A stretch of 64,000 bases of DNA, from positions 44,672 through 108,671 of the IMG/VR virus record IMGVR_UViG_3300042007_000202. The stretch is one strand, 5' to 3'. Shown in pieces: positions 48,924 through 56,646 of this stretch. The translations under genes and the position numbers were made by a program. The DNA is from a virus. Under the pieces are notes generated by a model. That model ran no database searches. It had not been told where the DNA came from and saw nothing but the letters and a program-made list of their open reading frames with translations. Each line of letters opens with the position of its first letter. The stretch's first letter is position 1.

Positions 48924-49523
48924 TTGGAGCGGGCTTATGACCACCACGTGGTGCGCTTGCAGGCGGAGGAGGAGGAACGTCTCCCTGCTGGCGAGGAACC
49001 GCGTTCCCCGAGGCCGGTGCGGCTGGTGGACGCCGCCGGGGGAAAGGTCCAGGAAGTCACCGCGCTCCGCCTGGGCCACGGCCACCGGCTCGCGGTCGAG
49101 AACGCACGCACGCAGTACGAGTTCTACGGCGGATCGTTCTACCTGGCCTCCAGGGAGCTGTCAGCGAAGCTGCCGACGCTCGGGCTCACCGCCTTGCAGT
49201 ACGACGTCTGGCACACGCTCCTGGGCGTTCAGCAGCGGGGAGGGGTGATCACCATGACGCAGGCACAGCTCGCTGAGCGGCTGCACACGGACCGCAAGGA
49301 GATCGGCGCGGCCGTGGGCATCTTCCGCCGGTGGGGGCTTCTCTACACGCCCGCGCGCGGCCGGATCTGCCTCAACCCGCGCATCGCCTTCTACGGCTCC
49401 AGCGAGCGCCAGGAAGAGGCGCTGGCGGACATGCTGCCGTACGACGTGCCTCCGATTACGCTGCCAGCAGGGACCGCCCGGCCGCGCAGCAGGAAGCCCC
49501 GCACGGGGCCGAAGGGAGTCTGA
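48924..49523 (+). CDS. RepL-like wHTH replication/maintenance protein
   Basis: MTQAQLAERL...LNPRIAF.G. Confidence 0.6.
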   Translation: MERAYDHHVVRLQAEEEERLPAGEEPRSPRPVRLVDAAGGKVQEVTALRLGHGHRLAVENARTQYEFYGGSFYLASRELSAKLPTLGLTALQYDVWHTLLGVQQRGGVITMTQAQLAERLHTDRKEIGAAVGIFRRWGLLYTPARGRICLNPRIAFYGSSERQEEALADMLPYDVPPITLPAGTARPRSRKPRTGPKGV

Positions 49524-49963
49524 TGACGGTGAGCGCCGAAGAGGCACCCCAGACCGTCGCCGTGGAGGACTTCAGCTACTACACCGCCCAGGAGCTGGCC
49601 CGCGCGCTGCCGATGTACCGGCTGACGGCCGCCCAGTACGACGTGTGGAACGTTCTGCTGGGCCGGATGGAGCGCGGCGGCCGGGTCTACATGACGCAGG
49701 ACGACATCGCTGAGTACCTGGGCACGGACAAGGCCAACATCTCCCCGGCGCTCAAGGTGCTCAGGGAGAAGGGCCTGGTCTGGATGGAGTCGCGGGCCGT
49801 CTACCGGATCAACCCGCGCATCGCCTTCAAGGGCAGCGTGACCGAGTGGAACGACGCGATGGAGGACGTGCCGCCGGACGTGCCGGAGGTGCTGATCCCG
49901 AAGTACCGGCGGCGCCCGCCGCGCGCCAGCCGCACCGGAGGGCGCCCGCTGCGGAGCGTGTAG
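49523..49963 (+). CDS. RepL-like wHTH protein (tandem paralog)
   Basis: QYDVW..LLG...GG...MTQDDIAEYLG...YRINPRIAFKG. Confidence 0.65.
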   Translation: MTVSAEEAPQTVAVEDFSYYTAQELARALPMYRLTAAQYDVWNVLLGRMERGGRVYMTQDDIAEYLGTDKANISPALKVLREKGLVWMESRAVYRINPRIAFKGSVTEWNDAMEDVPPDVPEVLIPKYRRRPPRASRTGGRPLRSV

Positions 49964-49973
49964 CGATCCACGC

Positions 49974-50014
49974 GGAAGGGCCCGCCGCCCCGACCCGGGG
50001 CGGCGGGCCCTTCC
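49974..50014 (+). terminator. Hairpin after the rep genes
   Basis: GGAAGGGCCCGCCGCCCCG/CGGGGCGGCGGGCCCTTCC. Confidence 0.75.
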
Positions 50015-50082
50015 TCATCCGCCGCGCGGCTCGCCCGGCCGGGCGCCCGGCCGCCCGGCCGCCCGGCCGGGACAATGCGCCC

Positions 50083-50472
50083 ATGACGATCTCTGTCGAC
50101 TTCGACGTCCCCATCCACGACTACACCCGGGGCTGGCAGGACGGCTCCATCTACGGGGATGAGACACCCGGCGCCTTCCAGGCCCTGCGCGACCTCATGG
50201 CCGTCGACGCCGTCTTCATCCACACCACTCGCCCCGCCGGGCCGGTAGCCGCATGGCTGGCCGAACGCGGCGGCTTCGCCACCGTCGTCGATGACGGCAC
50301 GCTGGACCTGGAGTTCTGGAACCGGCGCGGCATCCTGCTGGTGACCAACCGCAAGTACCCCGCCCACGCCTACATCGACGACCGCGCCGTTCCCTTCACG
50401 GGCGACTGGCAGGAGGCCATCCGGCGGGCGGCGGAGTTCCTGCCGGTACTGCGGGCGGAGGGGGACGGCTGA
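50083..50472 (+). CDS. HAD-superfamily phosphatase-like protein
   Basis: ISVDFD motif I; K.PA.AYIDDRA motif III/IV. Confidence 0.7.
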   Translation: MTISVDFDVPIHDYTRGWQDGSIYGDETPGAFQALRDLMAVDAVFIHTTRPAGPVAAWLAERGGFATVVDDGTLDLEFWNRRGILLVTNRKYPAHAYIDDRAVPFTGDWQEAIRRAAEFLPVLRAEGDG

Positions 50473-50717
50473 TGCGCCCCGAGGCCGCTGACGTACTAGC
50501 CAGGCTCCGCCGGTCCATCCTCCGGGGAGACTGGCCGGTCGGCTGCCGCGCGCCCGCCCTGGCCGAGCTGGTGAGCGTGCACGGCCTCAACCGGTCACAG
50601 GCGTCCCTGGTCCTGAGCGCGCTCGCGAAGGAGGGGCTGATCGTCCGGGCGCGCGGCATCGGCCCCACCGTGGTGTACGAGCCTGAGCAGCCCTCGAAGG
50701 ACCGGCCGGAGCCGTGA
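50472..50717 (+). CDS. GntR-type wHTH protein
   Basis: LRRSIL.GDWPVG.R.P...EL....G.NR......L..LAKEGLI..ARG.G..V. Confidence 0.7.
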   Translation: MRPEAADVLARLRRSILRGDWPVGCRAPALAELVSVHGLNRSQASLVLSALAKEGLIVRARGIGPTVVYEPEQPSKDRPEP

Positions 50718-50854
50718 ATGCGCAGCCGCCCCCGCCGTGCCGCTCACGCGACGCACGGCGCCCCCAGGGCCGTGAACCCCGGGGGCCACTGCAAATCTCA
50801 TGTCACCCGGCCGGGGGGGGGCCCGGGGGGGCGCCCCCCCCGGGGGGGGCACGG

Positions 50855-51079
50855 TCAGGCGTCGCCGTCTTCGTCCGTGACGCCCTGCGCCTCCGCCCAC
50901 TCGCAGCACGCCTTGGCGAAGAGCGCGGGGCCCTGCGCCGCCTGCTCGGAGCGGAACACCTCCGGCGCCGCGCCCAGGGTCTCCACGACCACCACGCCGC
51001 CGGGCAGCAGGTAGAAGTCGGTGTCGCTGAACGCCTCGGTGTGGAAGACGTCGACGCTGATCTGCGAGTAGCGGTCCAT
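50855..51079 (-). CDS. Small acidic cassette gene
   Basis: GAGGAG RBS, conserved leader hairpin, half cassette at 51124-51141. Confidence 0.6.
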   Translation of the reverse strand: MDRYSQISVDVFHTEAFSDTDFYLLPGGVVVVETLGAAPEVFRSEQAAQGPALFAKACCEWAEAQGVTDEDGDA

Positions 51080-51188
51080 GGTGATCTCCTCGTCCGTGGT
51101 GGGGGGCTCCGCGCCCCCGAAGAATGCGAATCTCGTGTCACCCGGCCGGGCGGGCGGCCGGGGGGCCGCCCGCCCGGGGGTCAGGGGG

Positions 51189-51725
51189 TCAGTGCTTGCA
51201 CCCGGCGGCGCACCAGCCGCCCGCCTTGCGGACGGCGCGCTCGTCCACCAGTCGGGCCACCGTGTACGCGGTGCCCGTGTTCACGCAGATCAGGGCGTAC
51301 TGACCGTCGCGGCGCCCGACCTGCGCCGCCTGGCGCGGCTTGTCGTACAGCAGCTCCCAGCCCTTGGCGGCCGACTCGCCCAGGCCCGCCCGGCGCGCGG
51401 CCTTGCGCGGCGCCTTGCGGGGGGCGGCCTCCACGCGGGCGGCCGTCTTGGCGGCCAGCGCGGCCAGCGCGGCGGCCACGCCGGTCAGGGCCTCCGCGCG
51501 CTCCTCGGCCGCGAGAACGGCCTCCACCTCGGCCTGGTCGGCCACCGGCAGCGCCTCGGCCACGGCGGTGTGGCTCACCCGGCCGGTCGCCTGAGTGGTG
51601 ACCAGGACCACCAGGCCCGTGGCGGCGGCGCGGCGGTCGGCCTCGCGCTTGGCGGCGGCCAGGTTGGCGTAGGACTTGGCGGCGAACTCGGCGGCGGCGG
51701 AGACGGTGTAGCGGGTGGCGGCCAT
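51189..51725 (-). CDS. WELLYDKP-domain protein A
   Basis: AAGGAG RBS; Ala-rich N-terminus plus the conserved C-terminal domain. Confidence 0.8.
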   Translation of the reverse strand: MAATRYTVSAAAEFAAKSYANLAAAKREADRRAAATGLVVLVTTQATGRVSHTAVAEALPVADQAEVEAVLAAEERAEALTGVAAALAALAAKTAARVEAAPRKAPRKAARRAGLGESAAKGWELLYDKPRQAAQVGRRDGQYALICVNTGTAYTVARLVDERAVRKAGGWCAAGCKH

Positions 51726-51774
51726 GGTGGGCTCCTTCGGGTGGGAGGTGGTGGGGGGCCGTTTGCCCTCCGGT

Positions 51775-51840
51775 GTGACACCAGTATTGCATACGCCACT
51801 CAGGGAATGCAAATCTCGTGTCTCATCAATCCACGGGGAT
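51775..51840 (-). promoter_or_regulatory. Promoter cassette plus 12-bp palindrome
   Basis: GTGACAC...GTGTCTC (50 bp), 4 bp, ATCCACGGGGAT. Confidence 0.75.
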
Positions 51841-51928
51841 AGGCGGAGCGGGGGGCGCGGACAGGAGCCGTGAGTGCCGGTGGCCCCGCGCGAACTCCTC
51901 AGGCGGGAACTCAGGGGCCCCCGCACAG

Positions 51929-51970
51929 CCGAATGCCCCCGCCCGGCCGGAGCCGGGCGGGGGCATTCGG
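51929..51970 (-). terminator. Hairpin after protein B
   Basis: CCGAATGCCCCCGCCCGGC/GCCGGGCGGGGGCATTCGG. Confidence 0.7.
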
Positions 51971-51974
51971 GAGG

Positions 51975-52469
51975 TCAGTGCTTGCAGTCGGGGCACCAGC
52001 CACCGGCGCTCCGGGCGGCGCGCTCATCCGTCAGGCGGGACAGGCGGTGGACCGTCAGGTGCTCGACGCAGATCAGGGCGTACTGGCCGTCGCGGCGGCC
52101 GACCTGGCACCCCTGGCGCGGCTTGTCGTACAGCAGCTCCCAGCCGGAGCCGACGACCGTCTCGCCCTGAGCGGCGCGGAGCTGGCGGGGGGCGGTCTTC
52201 GTCTCAGCGGCGGCCTCGGCCTCGGCCTGCGCCTCAGCGGCGGCGGCGCAGTGCTTGCAGAGCTTCTTGCCTCCGACCGCGACCGCCAGCTTGCGGGCCT
52301 CCTCCAGCACCCCGGCCGCCGTGGTGGCCTTGGCCCCCCGCTCCACGAAGCGGTACGAGCGGGACAGAGCCGGGCAGGCGCTCTTGGCGTAGTCGAACTC
52401 GCTGCCCTCGGTGCGGATGTTCAGGCCGTCGATGTGGACCGTGCCGCTGTTGTACTTGATGGTGAACAT
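51975..52469 (-). CDS. WELLYDKP-domain protein B
   Basis: AGGAG RBS; N-terminal H..C..CKHC plus the conserved C-terminal domain. Confidence 0.8.
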   Translation of the reverse strand: MFTIKYNSGTVHIDGLNIRTEGSEFDYAKSACPALSRSYRFVERGAKATTAAGVLEEARKLAVAVGGKKLCKHCAAAAEAQAEAEAAAETKTAPRQLRAAQGETVVGSGWELLYDKPRQGCQVGRRDGQYALICVEHLTVHRLSRLTDERAARSAGGWCPDCKH

Positions 52470-52515
52470 CCGGTGCTCCTGAGTTCGTCGGTGGTGGGGG
52501 GCCCTTGCCCCCCGT

Positions 52516-52565
52516 GTGACACCAGTATTGCATACATCGCTCACGGAGTGCAAATGTCGTGTCAC
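52516..52565 (-). promoter_or_regulatory. Promoter cassette
   Basis: GTGACAC...GTGTCAC 50 bp. Confidence 0.75.
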
Positions 52566-52606
52566 CCGGCCGGGCGGGCGGGTGGCCGCCCGCCCGGCCG
52601 GTCCGC

Positions 52607-52996
52607 TCAGTAGCGGCGCGGGGGGCGGACCCTGGCGGCGCCGCTGGCCCGGCGCGCGGCTCGCCGGGCGCGGGCCTCCTCCAGTTCCCTGGCCTGGAAG
52701 GCGCGGCCCGCCTCGATCACCCCGGCGGGCGCCTTGACGATCTCGCCGCCGTTCCGGCCGACCTCCGCCAGGGCGCTCAGCGCGCTCCAGTGGCCGCTCC
52801 GGCGGCCGTAGCGGTCGACGGTGACGATGGGCGCCACTCCCGCGCCCCTGCTGGCGAGGAGTTCCCGGTAGAGCTCCGAGCCCTGCTCGCAGTAGCGGCC
52901 GGTCTCCCCGGAGGTGGAGCAGACCCGGCAGGCGGCGGCGTGCTCGCGGTGGGCGACCTCGGCGGGGTTGAGGACCTCGTGGGTGTTGGCGGCCAT
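52607..52996 (-). CDS. Cassette gene (H..C..C..C motif, no WELLYDKP domain)
   Basis: AAGGAG RBS; HAAACRVC...YC. Confidence 0.65.
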   Translation of the reverse strand: MAANTHEVLNPAEVAHREHAAACRVCSTSGETGRYCEQGSELYRELLASRGAGVAPIVTVDRYGRRSGHWSALSALAEVGRNGGEIVKAPAGVIEAGRAFQARELEEARARRAARRASGAARVRPPRRY

Positions 52997-53038
52997 CGCG
53001 GGCTCCTTGGGGTGGTGGGGGGCCGCTTGCCCCCCGGT

Positions 53039-53104
53039 GTGACACCAGTATTGCATACGCCGTTCAAGCAATGCAAATCTCGTGTCTCATCAATCCACGG
53101 GGAT
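53039..53104 (-). promoter_or_regulatory. Promoter cassette plus 12-bp palindrome
   Basis: Near-identical to the 51775 cassette. Confidence 0.75.
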
Positions 53105-53254
53105 GCAGACGCCCGCGCCCCCGGCGGGCGGAACCATGAGTGCGGCCGGTCCGCGTGAACTCCTCACGCGGATGCTCAGCGACCCAAGCGACCGACTTCC
53201 CGACATGGCTCTGCCGCCGCCCGGCCGGGCGGCGGCAGAGCGCGCGGTGAGGGC

Positions 53255-53734
53255 TCAGCCCTCGCTGTGGGCGCAGCCCTCGCACCAGGCCGCCTTGCCC
53301 GCCCGGCGCAGCTCGCGCTCATCGACCAGCTTCTCCAGCGGCCGGGCGTACTTGTGCTCGGTGCAGATCAGCGCGTAGCTCTTGTCGCGGCGCCCGACCT
53401 GGGTGGCCGTGCGCGGCTTGTCGTACAGCAGCTCCCAGCCGGTCACGGCCGACTGGCCGTCCGTCAGGCGCCGCGCCCGGTCGGTGTTCATGATCCGCTC
53501 CCGGTCCGCCTCGGCCGCCTCCTGGGCGGCGTCGAAGACCTCCTGGAGGGCCGCGCACGCCTTGCAGATGGTGTTCGCCTGGAGCTGGCGGACGACCGGC
53601 GCCAGCGTGAACTCCGCGCCGCACAGGTTGCCGGTGCCGACCCAGAGGTGGGTGACCTTGGCGGTGCGGGAGGAGACCGTCAGGGCGGTGTAGGTGGACG
53701 GGGCGATGACGGCGGAAGCGGTCTTGCGGGCCAT
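53255..53734 (-). CDS. WELLYDKP-domain protein D
   Basis: GAGGAG RBS; N-terminal THL..LCG..ICKAC plus the conserved C-terminal domain. Confidence 0.8.
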   Translation of the reverse strand: MARKTASAVIAPSTYTALTVSSRTAKVTHLWVGTGNLCGAEFTLAPVVRQLQANTICKACAALQEVFDAAQEAAEADRERIMNTDRARRLTDGQSAVTGWELLYDKPRTATQVGRRDKSYALICTEHKYARPLEKLVDERELRRAGKAAWCEGCAHSEG

Positions 53735-53782
53735 GGCGGGCTCCTCGGGTCGGAGGGGGTGGGGGGCCGTTTGCCCCCCGGT

Positions 53783-53848
53783 GTGACATCAGTATTGCAT
53801 ACGCCGTTCGGGGAACGCAAATCTCATGTCTCATCAATCTGCGGGGAT
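53783..53848 (-). promoter_or_regulatory. Promoter cassette plus 12-bp palindrome
   Basis: GTGACAT...ATGTCTC, 4 bp, ATCTGCGGGGAT. Confidence 0.75.
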
Positions 53849-53969
53849 TGAACTCGCGGACCTCTGGAGCCGCCCGGCCGGGCGGGCGTCGCTGAGTCGC
53901 CCGTGAGCGGCACCGGGTGCGGGGCTGCGCACTCATCAGTCCTGGGGCGCCCTCCGGTCGCTCAGGGGT

Positions 53970-54018
53970 GAGACACGGGGCATGCGCACACCACCATTGA
54001 TAGATAGCCTGATGTCAC
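53970..54018 (+). promoter_or_regulatory. Promoter cassette (divergent arm)
   Basis: GAGACAC...TAGCCT.ATGTCAC 49 bp. Confidence 0.6.
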
Positions 54019-54041
54019 ATGGCACCGACGAGAGGACCCCC

Positions 54042-54419
54042 ATGAACACGCGCTACCCGCGCGCCGTCGACCTGGCGCAGATCCCCCACTGCTCCGTCTG
54101 CGGCGAGACGAACCCCATCACCGACGAAGAGGGCGGCACCGCATGCTGCGGGCGGCGGGAGTGCGGCGGCGTGGGGCCCGAGGCCCAGGACGTGTGCTGC
54201 CAGGCACTCCAGGACCGCGTGGACCACGAGTCCGCGCACGGAACGCCCGCCTCCCCGCTGTCGGCCGCGCGGCCGGTGGCGGCAGCCCCCCGGCGAGCGC
54301 GAACCCGATCCACGCGGATCAAAGAGACACGAGACTTGCTGACGCTGAGTGACGTATGCAAAAGTGATGTCACACCGGGGGACGGACAGCCCCCCACCAC
54401 CGAGCCGAAGGAGGCCCCG
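54042..54419 (+). CDS. Cys-rich cassette ORF without a stop codon, reading in frame into protein F
   Basis: GAGGA RBS, ATG 54042; CSVC...CC...C...CC. Confidence 0.5.
54308..54373 (+). promoter_or_regulatory. 12-bp palindrome plus promoter cassette
   Basis: ATCCACGCGGAT-4-GAGACAC...ATGTCAC. Confidence 0.7.
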
Positions 54420-55073
54420 ATGGCCCTCTCCACCACCGCCGCCACCAGCGCCGTCTGCCGCAACCTCTTCAAGGACGGCCCGAACTCCTTCGAGCCCGTC
54501 GGCGGAACCTTCGGCACGGACCGCGAGATCTACGAGAGCCTGGCCAAGGCATACCTCAAGGACAAGACCGACCTGAGCGGCAGCACGATCGAGGCCGCCG
54601 ACTGGGACGAGGTGTTCGCCACCTTCCAGCCCGACCCGGCCCCCGCCGCCGAGGCCGCCCCGCAGCTCGCCGCCGGTTCCCGCGTCACCACCACCGGCCA
54701 GCCCGCGCTCACCCCGACCGGTTACGTCGTCTCGGTCCAGTACGACCCCCCGTTCGCCCACCTGGCGGCGTCCGGCGGCGCGGACCACCTCGTCCGCGAC
54801 CTGGCCCCGGCCCCCGCCGAAGCGGCCACCCCGGCCCCGGCCCCGGCGCCCGCCCCCAAGGGCGCCAGGAAGCCCCTGGGGGACGCCAGCGCGCCCGGCT
54901 GGGAGCTGCTGTACGACAAGCCCAAGGCGGGCGCCGAGGTGGGGCGCCGGTACGTGGACGGCAAGCCCCAGTTCTCCCTGATCTGCAAGGCCCACGGTCA
55001 CGTGCACAAGCTGGACCGCCTGAGCGATGAGGGCAAGGTCCGCAAGGCCGGTGGCTGGTGCCCCTCCTGCTGA
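54420..55073 (+). CDS. WELLYDKP-domain protein F
   Basis: AAGGAGG RBS; unique N-terminal domains, PA linker, conserved C-terminal domain. Confidence 0.8.
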   Translation: MALSTTAATSAVCRNLFKDGPNSFEPVGGTFGTDREIYESLAKAYLKDKTDLSGSTIEAADWDEVFATFQPDPAPAAEAAPQLAAGSRVTTTGQPALTPTGYVVSVQYDPPFAHLAASGGADHLVRDLAPAPAEAATPAPAPAPAPKGARKPLGDASAPGWELLYDKPKAGAEVGRRYVDGKPQFSLICKAHGHVHKLDRLSDEGKVRKAGGWCPSC

Positions 55074-55109
55074 ACCCCCGGGCGGCCGGGCGGCCACCCG
55101 CCCGGCCGT

Positions 55110-55159
55110 GTGACACGAGATTTGCATTCGGCTCACGGCTGATGCTAATCTCGTGTCAC
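55110..55159 (+). promoter_or_regulatory. Promoter cassette (most symmetric copy)
   Basis: GTGACACGAGATTTGCA-16-TGCTAATCTCGTGTCAC, a 17-bp inverted repeat with one mismatch. Confidence 0.8.
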
Positions 55160-55202
55160 GCGGGGGCGGCGCCCCCACCACCGGCGAACTCAGGAGCCCG
55201 CG

Positions 55203-55682
55203 ATGGCCGTCATCAAGACCGACCCCCAGACCACCTACGACGGCTACCTGCTCATCGCGGCCACCAACGGCCGGGTCTGGCACCTCAGCAACCACGACGA
55301 CGAAGCCCTGTGCCGCGCGAAGGTCGACCGCTACATCGAACTGGAAGAGGCCGCAGAACTCAGCGGTATCTGCGCCCGCTGCTCCCGCATCCTGGACCGG
55401 CGCGGCCCGTACGTGCCCTACGCGGAGCGTGTGGCCGCCGGGCAGACCGAGCCCACCGGCCCGCGCCCGGCCCTGGGCCCGTCCAGTGTGGACGGCTGGG
55501 AGCTGCTGTACGACAAGCCCAGGGCGGGCTACGAGATCGGCCGCCGCTACTGGGGCGACAAGCCCGAGTACGCCCTGATCTGCAAGGCCCACCGCTACGC
55601 CCTCGGGATCGGGTCGCGGCTCAAGTCCGAGGGCGTGCACCGCCGCGCGGGCAACTGGTGCCCCGGCTGCAACAGCCGCTGA
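55203..55682 (+). CDS. WELLYDKP-domain protein G
   Basis: AGGAG RBS; N-terminal WHL..LC..ICARC plus the conserved C-terminal domain. Confidence 0.8.
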   Translation: MAVIKTDPQTTYDGYLLIAATNGRVWHLSNHDDEALCRAKVDRYIELEEAAELSGICARCSRILDRRGPYVPYAERVAAGQTEPTGPRPALGPSSVDGWELLYDKPRAGYEIGRRYWGDKPEYALICKAHRYALGIGSRLKSEGVHRRAGNWCPGCNSR

Positions 55683-55728
55683 ACTCCCGGCCGGGCGGGC
55701 GGCTGCGCTTCCATCCCCGCGAATTGAT

Positions 55729-55777
55729 GTGACACGAGGTTTGCAAACGGTGAACCGTGGTGCTAATCTGGTGTCAC
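55729..55777 (+). promoter_or_regulatory. Promoter cassette
   Basis: GTGACACgaggtTTGCAA-17-TAATCTgGTGTCAC. Confidence 0.8.
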
Positions 55778-55824
55778 ACCAGGGGGTGCCGCCCCCACCA
55801 CGAACCACCCACAAGGAGCCCGCC

Positions 55825-56175
55825 ATGATGAACTTCCCCGGCTACACCCTGCTCGGCACCATCAACCTCACCGACGAGGAGTACGACTCCGAGCGCCAGC
55901 TGTCGGTCTACCGCAACGCGAACGGCGCGGTGTTCACCCTCGACGCGGGCGGCTGCATCTGCTGCTGCGACCTCTACGACGGCGTCACCGTCTCGGACCT
56001 GGTGGAGTTCACCGGCTCTGCGGTGGAGCTGGCGGAGCTGCTGGTGGCGGAGGTCACTGCGATCGGGTGGCCCGTCGACCCCGAGGGCCGCATGGAGGTC
56101 GAGGAGGAGCTGCGGAACATCATGCGCGGCGTGGCGGGCGTGCCCGTGGCGGCGCCGCTGGCGCTCCCGCGCTGA
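55825..56175 (+). CDS. Acidic cassette gene (GCxCC motif)
   Basis: AAGGAG RBS. Confidence 0.65.
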   Translation: MMNFPGYTLLGTINLTDEEYDSERQLSVYRNANGAVFTLDAGGCICCCDLYDGVTVSDLVEFTGSAVELAELLVAEVTAIGWPVDPEGRMEVEEELRNIMRGVAGVPVAAPLALPR

Positions 56176-56210
56176 CCCCACTCCGCCCGGCCGCCCGGCC
56201 GGGCAAACGA

Positions 56211-56239
56211 AAGGCCCGACACTGCTCGTGTCGGGCCTT
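56211..56239. terminator. Hairpin closing the right arm of the array
   Basis: AAGGCCCGACAC/GTGTCGGGCCTT. Confidence 0.7.
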
Positions 56240-56271
56240 CGCTGCTGCTCACCTAACCCTGCGTGACCAGC

Positions 56272-56646
56272 CTACACGCCGCGTGACTCCCTCCCGCACA
56301 GCCCACACACCAGCCAAGGCCACAGCCGGGCGGCGGCCTCCCGCTGGCACGACTCGCACGTCAGCCAGGGCCGCTCCTGGGCGGCCACCTTGGGCGTCAC
56401 CCCGGCCGCGCTGGCACCCAGGGCGGCCACCAGCCGCGTGGAGCGGGACAAGAAGTCCGAGCCGCACCCCCGGCACGCCGCCGCCAGCCGCGCCGCCGCC
56501 ACGCCCGGCGGCCAGCCGCCCTCCGGCGGGTCCAGCCACTCCAAGCGGTGTTCCAGCACCAGGCCGCCCCGGTGGCCGCACGCGCCGCACCGGCCGTCCA
56601 CCGGGCCCTGCCGAACCTGGGACAGGTCCGACTCCCGCTCAGTCAC
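56272..56646 (-). CDS. Multi-CxxC Zn-ribbon protein
   Basis: Four CxxC pairs. Confidence 0.5.
   Translation of the reverse strand: MTERESDLSQVRQGPVDGRCGACGHRGGLVLEHRLEWLDPPEGGWPPGVAAARLAAACRGCGSDFLSRSTRLVAALGASAAGVTPKVAAQERPWLTCESCQREAAARLWPWLVCGLCGRESRGV

Noticed and set aside
51189-55682. Diversity-generating retroelement explaining the repeated C-termini
   Set aside because: No reverse transcriptase seen; differences between copies are not adenine-specific and include indels
50790-56240. CRISPR array or integron/shufflon reading of the repeated cassettes
   Set aside because: The units are separated by whole genes, not 30-40 bp spacers; no cas operon, tyrosine recombinase or serine recombinase was recognised in the window; cassette centres are not conserved as crossover cores would be
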